Positions 1 to 10,623 of a DNA stretch of 64,000 nt are shown here, one piece after another (positions within the stretch are counted from its first letter, which is position 1; each line of letters opens with the position of its first letter). Source of the stretch: Octopus sinensis (lineage: Eukaryota); assembly GCF_006345805.1 (NCBI RefSeq), contig NW_021835993.1, forward strand, positions 295,759-359,758, read 5' to 3'. The notes under the pieces are model-generated. The model had not been told where the DNA came from, did not search any database, and saw nothing but the letters and a program-made list of their open reading frames with translations. Both the position numbers and the translations under genes were made by a program.

Positions 1-154
1 TAAGGAGTGGTGAGGATCTGGACGAGCTGAGGAAACTCGCTCACGACAGAGGAGGTTGGAGGAGGCTGGTTCAAAGGATTGTTTTTAATGCTGCACGAGT
101 AAAATTATAACTAATATGATTCTACGTATGTTGCAAATAATAATAATAATAATA
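1..154 (+). mobile_element. 3' end of an RTE-like non-LTR retrotransposon with (TAA)n tail
   Basis: Translates ...RSGEDLDELRKLAHDRGGWRRLVQRIVFNAARVKL*, similar to the C-terminus of the RTE at 15205-18182 (LKSADDLYELRYLARNRGAWIRLTERI). A short 3' UTR (tgattc..cg..ttgc) is followed by a (TAA)5-6 tail. Confidence 0.8.
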
Positions 155-852
155 AGATTTACTCAGGGGTTATAGCCCAGCCGAACGGATTGCTTGTGCG
201 TTCCCGTGCACGATTGCGAGCGAATTCCGTTTAACAGCTACTGCCCTGCTATCTTTCTTCCACCTTGCCTTCTATGAATTCCGTTTGCTTAGTTCTACTT
301 AATGAGCTCCGAAATAATCCTCTGCCTCAACCAAGAGGACTCGCGAGCATCCATCTTCTTCCGAGCAATGAGGATACCGAGGTCTTTTAAGAAGCATGAG
401 GTCAGCGGACCGGAAGCGCCTGATGTCTCAAAAGCCACCGGCACGAAGGAATTCCGAGTGGCCAGATTCTTGACTTTTCTACTTTACGGGCTTCCGCCAG
501 GGCCGCGACCGAGCAGATGACGGTAGAGCGGATGGGGACCACGTGTCTGCGCACGTGGCGTCCCAGATCAGGCAATTGCCATTCCGGAATGGGAAGGTGG
601 TCATCCCGTCCGGGCGTTTGCCGTCCCCTCTGTCCAATCCGGCTGGTTCAAGCACATTGGGGAAGCCAGCAGCGTTGAGAGCTCTTGAGATTACGTCGTT
701 GATTGCTCTATGGCGAGGCCAGCGGCCTGCGCTTCGGCGGCAGGAGAGGGGGTGAAGGCCTTTCACGTCCACCGTACCTCCGCATCGACAGGGATGAGGG
801 GCGCAGACATCGAGCCCCAGCCGAAGAGCGACCCCGATGCGCAGTGTTTCGT
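155..852 (-). mobile_element. 5'-truncated CRE-like non-LTR retrotransposon (zinc knuckle + restriction-like endonuclease), frameshifted
   Basis: [29 protein letters not shown] (CCHC), [25 protein letters not shown] (RLE PD..D motif), VAFETSG, and C-terminus ..SLAIVHGNAQAIRSAGL*. Interrupted by a ~90 bp insert near 230-316. Confidence 0.85.
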
Positions 853-1420
853 GAATTTATTTTTTATTATAATTACCAAATTTCTAAGAATAATATATCA
901 ATTAATGCTTCTGCTTTCAGTCAGTTCTCGTATTTTAAAAGTTTTTTATGTCAACTTTATCACTTTTTGAGTTTTATATCTGCGCTTTCCATAAACTTAA
1001 TTTCTTAACGAAGCTATTGATATATCCATAAATTTGGTAATTTAGCTTATTTCCCCCTTTAGTTCGACATTTAGGGCAGACAGATGCACCGATAGATCCA
1101 CATAAAATGCTAAATCTGCTACCCATCCATTCTCTTTCAATAATGCATTGTCCACTTTATTTTCAGTGAATAAAATAATTTCAGGAAGTTGATAAAATCT
1201 ATTTATAAAAATAAAAAAAATTAACCTTTTGAGACAAGAGTAACAGTTTCGTTACTTAGAGGTTACTTTTGTGCAATATCGAAAACAGCGGGCGAACAAC
1301 ATTCCGATAAAAATATTTCAATTGCCGTTTTGAAAAATAAAATATTTATAGAAACATAAGCCATTCGATTAAATCCTAGGGGCCACATGCGGCCCCAGGG
1401 GCTGCACTTGAGAATCACTG
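853..1420 (-). mobile_element. Internally deleted hAT (Buster/SPIN, GTF2IRD2-like) remnant with one intact end and a 27-nt intron
   Basis: Terminus cttgagaatcactg ends at 1420, flanked by GTCTAAAT. Minus strand gives PLSNETVT / SCLKR|FYQLPEIILF..ENGWVADLAFYVDLSVHLSALNVELKG. GT-AG intron at 1199-1225. Confidence 0.75.
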
Positions 1421-1444
1421 GTCTAAATGTAATAAAATTAAACT

Positions 1445-1772
1445 GCTTACTGATCGGATCCGTGGGCTTTGGCTTTTTCTTATTGAAGAATTTCCTAGAC
1501 TGACCAACAGTCTCAAGTCTTCCACGTGTTTCGTTGCAGCTGATTCTTTATCCAGGATCGACAATCTCGCCCACGAATCCTTAGTATTTTATCTTAATCG
1601 AGGATCTCTGGTGACGGTTTTCCCCGTGACACCCTACCTATACGTTTCGGATAGATCAAGATCCGCTCTTGTGCGGACCTAGCCCTGCCCTTCTATCTTT
1701 CTTCCACGTTGCCTACTAGGAATTCCGTTTGCTTAGTTCTACTTAATGAGCTCCGAAATAATCCTTTGCCTG
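1445..1772 (-). mobile_element. Degenerate retroelement-like fragment (possible RLE domain); donor of the insert at 243-327
   Basis: GC-balanced sequence reading VRTRADL..ATKHVEDL with stops. 1682-1772 is highly similar to 243-327. Confidence 0.35.
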
Positions 1773-1774
1773 CC

Positions 1775-2195
1775 GTGCTTACTTAGCCTCGATTTGTCAG
1801 CGATTCTTTCAGTCCAAAGAGTCTGGGACGAATAAATACTTTACGCAAATTTCGTTCAAAGTCGTACTAACGTGAGCTGGTCTTATAAACTGCGGTTGTC
1901 AGCCGCATGCGGGAGACTAGCTTAAAGCACTCCCTATCATCAGCACGGGATTACTACTGTACAATAAATCCTTATGGATTGGTATCTGCGTACGCTTGGA
2001 CTTTTACCCCTTGTTGTGTAAGAAGAGTTCAGGTAGAATTCCTCGTCACACTCAACTCAATGATGTTGTCAGGAGGGCTCTAGAATCGGTTGGTTTCCTT
2101 TTCACTCTAGAGCTGGTCGGCCTTTCCCGGAACGACAGCAAGCGTCCTTTCCTTTGAGGGAAGGCAAGCCCCTGGTTTGGAATAAACCTGTCGAC
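1775..2195 (+). mobile_element. Degenerate CRE-like retrotransposon fragment, related to 23027-24260
   Basis: NCGCQPHAGD*LKALP..IGICVRL..KKSSGRIPRHTQLNDVVRRALESVGF aligns by eye to NCACQPHTGDWLNALP..KKSAGRIPRHTHLNDVVKRALESAGF. Confidence 0.8.
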
Positions 2196-2420
2196 AATGC
2201 TGCATAAAACTTGCACCAACTCGGGCTGCATTTCTTATAAGAACTTTGCAAGTTACAAAGTTTGTTAGTGTTAAATGTTCAGTGGTCATTAAATTATATT
2301 CTTGATTTATATTTTAAGAGTAATCGTCTTTTAAACTATTTTAGATATTTAATAAATATTTAAATCTGTCTTCATGTCAATATCAAATTCAAAATATAAT
2401 TGTAGGCAAAGAGACGAGAA

Positions 2421-2961
2421 ATGAATAATATTTCCGAAATAACTTCTTTTCTCTACTTGGGAGGATTGGACTCTATTCATAAAATAGACCCTGCAAGATT
2501 TTCATTAGTAATAAATTGTGCATTGGAGCTTCGTGACCACATTCATCCTTCAATTCGAACAATCCATCTCAACCTCCAAGACACCCCATCTGCACTTGTC
2601 TCCAACTATTTCTTGGATTGCTGCAGAGAAATTGAAAATGTAGTCTATGAATACACCCAATGGTTTGTAGGTCAAAAAATCAGGGACTAGATGCCTAGTA
2701 CACTGCGTTCGAGGAATGAGTCGATCCGCGTCTATATGTATTGCTTACATTGTGTGGGAAAATCGACTTACTTTGAGAGAAACCTACTACTTTGTCAAGC
2801 AAAGACGTAACTGCATTTGCCCAAATTATGGCTTTTGGCAACAGATGATAGAATGGGAGAGACGTCTGCTCTTGCGTACCTCCGTCCGAATGTTGACCGT
2901 GGAATATGGAATAATTCCCGACGTGTACAGGGAAGAGTATTCCCGGCTAAAGTGGCACTAA
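2421..2961 (+). CDS. Atypical dual-specificity protein phosphatase (DUSP14/18/21-like), 2 exons (2421-2639, 2671-2961)
   Basis: N-terminus ISEITSFLYLGG. Removing a 31-nt GT-AG intron (2640-2670) restores VKKSGTRCLVHCVRGMSRSAS (HCx5R active site), followed by ICPNYGFWQQM and IPDVY. Confidence 0.92.
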
Positions 2962-3749
2962 TAATTTTATTTTATAACTATATTTATTTTGGTTTTCGTA
3001 ATGATTAAAAAAGTCAAAATGCGATACTGATCTAATTACTCGCCGAGTAAAAAGATATTTTGCCAAAAATTGTTTCCAATGTCCAACAAAATTTTTTGTT
3101 TGGATAAATTCTCAAAAATTTAAGATTTTAAATTTTGATAGTTGCATCAAATTAATTGATTCTATTTTTTGTTTATACTGTCATTTAGCGCCTTTTCAAA
3201 AAACAATATTTAATTAATGAAGAACTCGCGTTTTGTTAAAATTAATAAAGATATTTTTCAAGCTGACAAAAATTATAATACAAGTTTAATCTGTGAGGGT
3301 CCTGATCAAGGTAATTTTCAAGACAAAACGAGTAAATTATAAGACACGTGTTATAGACAGTATATATCTAGACTTTAGATGCCATTTTTGGCTTAGGTTT
3401 ACAACTATCTTGAGCTATATATACTGTTATAGTTCAGTGTCCGATGTATCGAAATTTTTCCAATTTATCGATACCAGAAAATCATATTCAAGACAAATCA
3501 AAAAATTTTTGGAAATTTCTCACAGCTACTCGACTCTTTTTCATATCATAATGGCACAATACTTGCTATTTTCTCGCAAAAAATTCATTTTAGTTTGCTG
3601 AAATTCATTATCAATCCGTACTAAGATAGGAGAAACTTAATAAGATTCCTTGAAATAACCGTCGTGATTAATCTAAAACCGACAGGGTTTGGCTAATTTT
3701 TTTGATGAAACTTTAAATTATTGATACGTAAAAACAGACAAAAATTATA

Positions 3750-3890
3750 TCAAATTGCCGGCGCATAAGATGGCCTGGCTGTTCCCCGGGCGACTCTTTG
3801 GAGAAGATGGCGAGTCTCATTGCGGTTTTTAGTTTTCTTAGCAATCTTCGTCCTCTCGGCTAAATATATTGACGATCACGGGCTGAACAA
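3750..3890 (-). mobile_element. Short degenerate 3' fragment of a CRE-like retrotransposon
   Basis: KIAKKTKNRNETRHLLQRV..GNSQAILCAGN resembles the CRE C-terminus RIAKKTNDRRVTSWLFQRI..RGN. Confidence 0.55.
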
Positions 3891-4127
3891 AACATAAAAT
3901 TTAACAATTTTACAATGAAAGACAAAAGTTCATATTTCTGTAAATGCTTAATGTAAATTAGAGTAAACAACGCTGCATTCTACCGAAATCTCAGTCTATT
4001 AAAAAGCGATATTTTAACAAAAATGTTAAATAAAATCATCATTTTCTCAAAAAAATATGCAAGGGAGAATTCTCAAAAATATTTTAAAATTTTCATAAAC
4101 ATTTTAGATTGATATAAAAATAATATG

Positions 4128-6078
4128 TCAACACATTCTGACGTGTCCGTGGGCAAAGCCAACTTTATTTAAAACACCCAATTTCTTTTCAATCATGGGC
4201 CTAGGAAATATCGACAGATCCACACCATATAAGCTCATCCGCAGTACCAATCGCAACCAAATACTCAATAACCACCTTCCTGACTTGCCCTATTCTGTGC
4301 ACTCGGTCTTCAGCCTGTGCCATAATCTGAAAAATCATTTAAAGGACCAACCCCCGGGGTCCACGACAATTCAGCAAATACCAGGTAATTAGACGAGGTT
4401 AGAGTTATTCCAGTATTGGCCGCGGTGAGGGACAGAATGGCAACCCGACAATCCAAACAATTTTGAAACTTGTCTACAAAAAGGAATCTGTTTTGAGGCG
4501 TGGTTGACCCATCAATCACGACAGTTGAGTACTAAACCATAACTTGTCATCACCAACATTTCGCAGTCCATCCCTCAGTCCGTTTATCATACAACGATGA
4601 TGTGCAAATACCACCACCTTGTCGACCGACTTTAACTTGTCCAGAAGGTATTGACTATTACTCATAATTATACTCCATACCATACATATCCTAATTTCAA
4701 ATTGGCACTCTGCTGATAAAGCTCAAGCAGAGCTCCTCTTTTATAATTCTTGTTATAATAAACCAGGTAAATACCTTCAGCTCTTCAGGAGGACTTCCAA
4801 CGTCCAAATCGACCTTGAACCTCTCCTTTGATGGCAACTGATCTAAAATTTCTGCCTTGAGTCGTCTACGTGTTAAATCACACCAACATGACCGAAGCAT
4901 AACAATTTCATTAAGGACAATCCTCAGTTCGGTCTCATTGGACAGTCCATCAAAGTCATGTCCCCACAATGTCTTTTTCCCGGCACAGTAGCGCATCCCA
5001 AACTCATAAAAACCCGAGAAAAGTGTGGGGAACAATGCGTAGATCTGAGGATACAACTCGACAGGTCTCGACAGTGCAGGGGTTCCACTCAACAAGAGCA
5101 CATATTTAGCACCCTTAGTGATACTGAGGACGCATTTAGAACGAGCAGTCGACATATTTTTGACGCAATGGGACTCATCCACAATGACGAACTCAAACTG
5201 AGTTGCTTCATTGACTCTCCTAATCAGCATTTCGTAATTCACGATGACAATATCAGCCCCATTCAACCGATCTGACTTGGAACTGACCACAGTAAGACTG
5301 AGGAAAGGAAGCCACTGACTCACGTGCTTTCCATGGCCACACAACAACAACCTGTACCCACGTGTGCTTCACGGTGGCAGGACAGACTATAATCGTCTTG
5401 ACGTTTTTGACGTGGTGAGCAAGAATGTAGATTGCCTGCAGTGTTTTGCCCAGGCCCATTTCGTCGGCAATGAGCAGTCGACCTCCCCGGGACTGAAACA
5501 CCCTTCCGTGGTAATCGCAACCATACTGCAGTGACTCCAACTGGAAGGGCATGAGGTGGTCGTGTAGAGGACGCTTCCAGTCTTCAAGCAGAGGCTCCTC
5601 CATTGACTTGGATTTTCTCGAAAGCAACAATTTCACGACTTGGAACGGAATTCCCTCCACGATGAATCCATTTTTGAGGGACGACACTTAAATATTTAAA
5701 ATTAAGATTTTACGGATCTCAAAGTATTGGAGGAGAGGGAATGTCCATCTCTTGGCCTTAGGATCTTTGATATAAAGGAATTAAAATCAAACCATAATTT
5801 TTGGAGGATTGCATTTTGAGTGCTTCGACGATGACGGGAGAATACTCAAAGTCTGCTCTGAAGGATTCCACAGACCAGAGTGAGAGACTTATTTTCAATT
5901 GGGGAATATTTCTGGGCACTCCAATTGTATTGATGGAGAGTTTATTGTTCAAAGGGTTTTGTTCAATTGCTGGTCTGGGAGGTTGCTTTCCCCTCGTTTC
6001 TTTTAATTTTTCGATTGCTCTGAGTCGGTTTAACTCGCATTTCTTTTTTTGTTCATTACTAAGTCCTGATGAAGACAT
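4128..6078 (-). CDS. SMARCAL1: SMARCAL1 (HARP) annealing helicase, multi-exon with ~24-28 nt introns
   Basis: RPA-binding-like N-terminus [17 protein letters not shown]; HARP KNY|DPKAKRWTF; SNF2 motifs [27 protein letters not shown]; [16 protein letters not shown]; GTADELIW|PMIEKKL. Introns include 4201-4225, 4866-4892 and 5503-5526. Confidence 0.93.
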
Positions 6079-6161
6079 AACAACAGGCGGGACTGATAAT
6101 TTATTTATGTCTATTAATACAAAATAAAAAACAAATATAAAAATTAAATCATTGAACACTC

Positions 6162-7148
6162 TCATCTGTTGCAGAATAGAACAAAACACTGCACTCTCCA
6201 TCGGGCTCCTCCACTACTCCATTGACCACCTTGACTAACGAAGTGACAGGCATCTCGCAAATGTCTGAAACCTTCTAAAACGAACATACTTTCAGGCACT
6301 ATGTTCTCTCTTCGTAAAAACTGACCGATCATTTTCCTCAAGGCAGCATTCTCAATGAGAGTTTGAGTGACTCTCCCATTCACAGACTCCCAGGAAATTC
6401 TGGCAAGTTCTTCGGTTTCCACCATTCAAATTCGATTGGTTTGACTGATCCCCACCTTTTGCGAGATCCAGGACCATCCCTTGTCGCACTCGCTACAAAT
6501 GTTTAAAACGTCTGACAAAATTGAATCGAAGACTTTTGTGGATTTGCCAGGACTTTGCTCACTCTTTCCCTCAACGAAAGCATCTCCAACTCCTTTTTGC
6601 GAGAGTCGTGTTTGTGGAGAGAAATAGCACGTGCGTGGAGACTCGACTGCTTCTGGAACTGCCATTTCAACACGGGACATTAAACTTTGTCTTTTTCTGC
6701 CACGTTTGCTGATCGGAGTTCAGATATTTTGATTTCAAGTGCCTTTCTCTGTTCCTTCCGAGCAAGCATTCCCTGGAGAGTTCTTCATTCTCTGTTTTGA
6801 GGCGAGAAATGACTGATCTGCTGTGATCCAGGTCAGACTGAAGTCGGGGGGCGAGGCTTTAATGTTTTGTTAAACACAACTCTATGTCCTCTTTCTCGAC
6901 CAGTTTTTGTTTGCTAATCCAAACACTCACACGGGAAAGGACATTCACCAATTTCTGTGGGTCAACTTTATCCTCTGTGAACATTGAAGGAATCGAAGAG
7001 GCAATCAAGAACTGCATTGATTGGAAATAAAACCGACCTTGTCCAATCTTCGTAGGTCCCTCATCATTGGCTGAGTGAACGTGACTGTCATACTGTCTGA
7101 GTTATTTGATTCTACGTTATCCGTCAGAACACTTCTGTCAGCCACCAT
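6162..7148 (-). CDS. SSX2IP/ADIP/Msd1-like coiled-coil centrosomal protein; two apparent 1-nt frame breaks
   Basis: Spliced translation RLQSDLDHSRSVISRLKTENEELSRE..EKDK|FQKQSSLHARAISLHKHDSRKKELE..QTLIENAALRKMI resembles SSX2IP (KLGSDMDH..EKDEVQK..HDMKRKE..ILMENAELKKVL). Several micro-introns. Confidence 0.65.
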
Positions 7149-7225
7149 ATAGAAATGTTTATTACTAAATTTGTTTAAATTATTTAAACAACTCTGGAAA
7201 AAAGATATTTATAAACAGAATAAAA

Positions 7226-9099
7226 TCACGAGTCAAAAACAGTTGAAAAACATTTGGCCATTCTCTCATGGACGTTGAAAAAGTCATTTCTCTGACCACC
7301 CATGCGCTCCAAAAATCCTAAGCTATCAAAAGACAAGTAGAATACCCTCGACGACCTTCCTGACCTCCTCTAAACTCCCCCCATGGATGCATAACCCCCC
7401 TTCGACTCTACTCCTCACCTGACAATCAAGTCAACTCGAACTTGTTTATCAGCGCATATTTCAATAATAATACAGTCCACCAGCTGTAGGACATACAATC
7501 CCTCCTCCAGCAATCCAAGTTCCTCCTCAGGACTGTCGCTCGTGTCTTGCTTGAGTGATGAAACTTTTTTGATGTACTCAAAGTGATATTCCAGCAAACG
7601 CTCGACCTGCCACTTAACAAAGAGATTACTTTTTCATAGTCATTTTCGACAAATTTGGCGAGTACTCTGTTCAACTGATCCCCACCACAACACCACAGCA
7701 AGGAGAGGACAACTGAGAGGACATGTTCTAACAAGTCGAAAGCACACACTCACCCACGACTTGTGCTTTGGAAGGACCAGATGAGGGGACGACCACATTC
7801 ATGAAGAATGGAAACAAGCAGCGCAAACCCAGAACTTGGACATATTGCTGGCAACACAGGACATCCTCATTCCAGACAGGAAGTAAAGGCATGGCATAAC
7901 TCAATGTCTTGATTGCACTAAATTTGGATTTCTTTTTCCCCCGAATAAGCAAATTCATTAGCTGAAGTCCTTCCTGTTCCACAAATCGAGCCCTGTTGGG
8001 AGGAAACATTAATCCACTGCATAGACAATCAAACACATTCTCCATATACTCACTCTCCTCCACCGACTCGGGGTCACGTTTTCGAAAAGGCTAAAAGTGA
8101 CCCCAATTGACACAACTGCTAATTGTCTCAGTAAAACATCCACTCCATTGATAGACCCAACCATTTCCCGCGCTTCTATCAATCAATTTGAATAACAACC
8201 ATCCTCTGACTGCATGAATATGGCCAATATCTCAGAACAGTACAACTTGTTGTCCTCAAACTCGACTTTCTTCCAGTCAGATGACAAGACAACCTGTAGT
8301 CTACCCACAATCCACTGAAGAAAACCAGTCTTGGAAAACTGGAGAATCAAGTCTTGGCGAATGTCCACCAAGTTCTCGACGATGCCTAAAATAAGTCCTG
8401 TTTCATAAACCGAGGACATTGTGGACTCCCTGAGCTTCCTCCGTCACAGACTCGTCTAGTCTGCCAAGTACGTCAACCAGGAGGGATATCAAATGTTCGG
8501 CCAACTTGAATATCACACAAATATGACAAGGGAGTCGATGAACTGGTTGATTATTTGACTGTGTTCTTCCAGGGAATCAAAGTCGGCAAATTCCTGAAGA
8601 AGATCAACAACGGCAACGACAATGTCTGAACTGGTCCAAGTAGAATACCAATGTTAGGATGTGACAGTAGTCCAAGTAGAGACTTTAAGGATTGCATTTG
8701 AATGAAGACCTCAAATAGATCTGGTCTGGTGGTAATCACGTTCAATTCCTGTATGACTTGGTTGAGTTGAATTTCGGAATCCATGAACCTGTTTACATCA
8801 ATTCACGGACCCCACTTTTCTGGGTGATTAGGGAACTTAATTCTCATTTCCTCATTTTTTGAAATTTTCTTTTCAAATTTAAGGATCATTCGTTGTAGGA
8901 CTGATTCATTGAAATCTTCAATCTACAAATACTCGTGATAATTATACAATCTGGGTAGGGTCGGTGAGAGTCACTTTTGGCTGTGTGTTTTCCAATGACA
9001 CGTGTTCGTCTGGGATATTCAATTTGATTCTTTTACTCTCCCCGGATGTGTAAGATTTCTATAATATTTAAAATATCAACTCACGTTCATGTCACACAT
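7226..9099 (-). CDS. CTNNBL1: Beta-catenin-like protein 1 (Prp19/CDC5L spliceosome complex), multi-exon
   Basis: MILKFEKKISKNEEMRIKFPNHPE|FMDSEIQLN, NKLYCSEILAI, EESEYMENVFDCLCS, EGLQLMNLLIR, AKFVENDYEK, GLYVLQLVD. Fragments are joined by ~24-30 nt GT-AG introns. Confidence 0.93.
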
Positions 9100-9184
9100 C
9101 GTTCGATTAATTTATTTAATTTTATGTTTTTATTAAAAAGAATTTTTTCGATTAATTTTAAATTTAAACACGAGACCTATCGGA

Positions 9185-9720
9185 ACAAGTATGAGATTTA
9201 ATTACCCGTGGAGCCATTGCAAGGTTGTGAGGTCTCTTCATCATTTTTCCTTGGATAATACCCAATTATTGTCCACCACAAAATACCCGATACTGGATAT
9301 GAAGGGAAAAATTGAGCAGTGGAGAACAAGGCTAGGCCATATCAAAAAGTATTTTGACTGAAAAAAGGCACTTGTTTGCCATGGATTATCCCTCCTTGGA
9401 TAAAAGAAAAACTCTGGAGAAAGAACAAGAATAACCTCCTGAATTAATGAAAAAAATCATGGTGATTAAAAAAGAGGTTATCTACGCACAACAAGATTCA
9501 GACTAGATGATCAAAAGCCTTTTACATAGGATTGAAGAGAGGCAAGACTACCTTATTCAAGTGGGTAGCGAAGAGTGTGGAAGATATTGGAAGAATATGT
9601 GGCGGGAAACACAGTTGAGTGGGCAGACTGTTGAGAATGAGAAGAGTAAGCCAAAAATTAACTTAATTGATGAAATTTATTATTTTGAACAATTTTTCAA
9701 AGAAAGGAAAAGTGATTAAT
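9185..9720 (+). mobile_element. Degenerate pre-RT fragment of an R4/Dong-like (RLE) non-LTR retrotransposon
   Basis: LLHRIEERQDYLIQVGSEECGRYWKNMW resembles the pre-RT FY..L..EEI..YW..MW segment of this group; multiple stops. Confidence 0.45.
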
Positions 9721-9819
9721 CGAAGGAAAGGCCAGCAGCCTGGCGGATCGTCAAACTGTTTCCCTGAATAACGCCAATCGAGAACCGCTGAAAATGATGA
9801 AAATTGATGAAATTAATTT

Positions 9820-10520
9820 TACTATTATTAGCAGATCACGAAGCCATAATATTTATACTCCCGCATGTGCAGCAAAAAATATTAGAGAACTTAGGTTGCT
9901 CCAAGCTATTCTGTTTTTAGCTAGATTCCTCAGAAGTTCAGATCGTCACCAGATGCATATGTTTTCTTCACGGTTTTGAGATTATTGTAATTGCCTCAAA
10001 ACATGGGGAAATCAGAGTCAGGTTCCAAACACACCTGGACTGTCTACCAATTGGCTAGACTTGACTTTATTCACCCCCGACTGTTGAAAGTTCAACGTCA
10101 GCCCGGATCTATATATACAACAAAAAAATTACCCGTCCTCAAACATTCCAGAATTTTTAAAGTCATCTTTCACCAATGCCTCTCTTTTTTCAGCATATTT
10201 ACTACACAGTTTAAGTCAAACTTAAACTAAACGTTCTAAAAGCCATATTGGGTCAATAGTTTGGTCAGGCCAAAGAAAGCTCACTAAACGTTTCTAAACA
10301 ATTATTTCGAACATCCCTGAATTTTACCAGCCCGTGCTGGTTTGGAATGTATGCCTTACGAGCTTGTAAAAACTCAAATGCCTCCAGAACGCTGGCCATT
10401 TACCGTCTCCATTTCCCGTCAGGCATCACTTAGAAATGCGAGGATTATAATTCCTTAATGAGATTCTGGACAGTCAGGACTCAAGAGTGTCAGCGACGAA
10501 TTCTCAACTATTCGTCTGCC
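9820..10520 (-). mobile_element. Degenerate 3' part of an RTE-like LINE
   Basis: ELLRNLAKNRIAWSNLSSLIFFAAHAGV* followed by a short 3' UTR and a taataatag tail, matching the C-termini of the RTE copies at 1-154 and 15205-18182. Confidence 0.6.
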
Positions 10521-10623
10521 TAAATTCTTGATACTGATTCATTAAAAATATTTAAAATTTAATTTGTTCAAATTACTCTTGAAATTAATGAAATTGTCTT
10601 TATTAGATTCAGAACAATTTTTA

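Noticed and set aside
3293-3601. 102-aa ORF and similar short AT-rich or antisense ORFs in the track
   Set aside because: Non-ATG starts, no motifs, or simply antisense to real genes and TEs.
5758-6240. In-frame SSX2IP-SMARCAL1 fusion via the open frame upstream of the SMARCAL1 ATG
   Set aside because: The extension crosses an AT-rich intergenic tract (FIFVFYFVLI) with no homology; likely chance.
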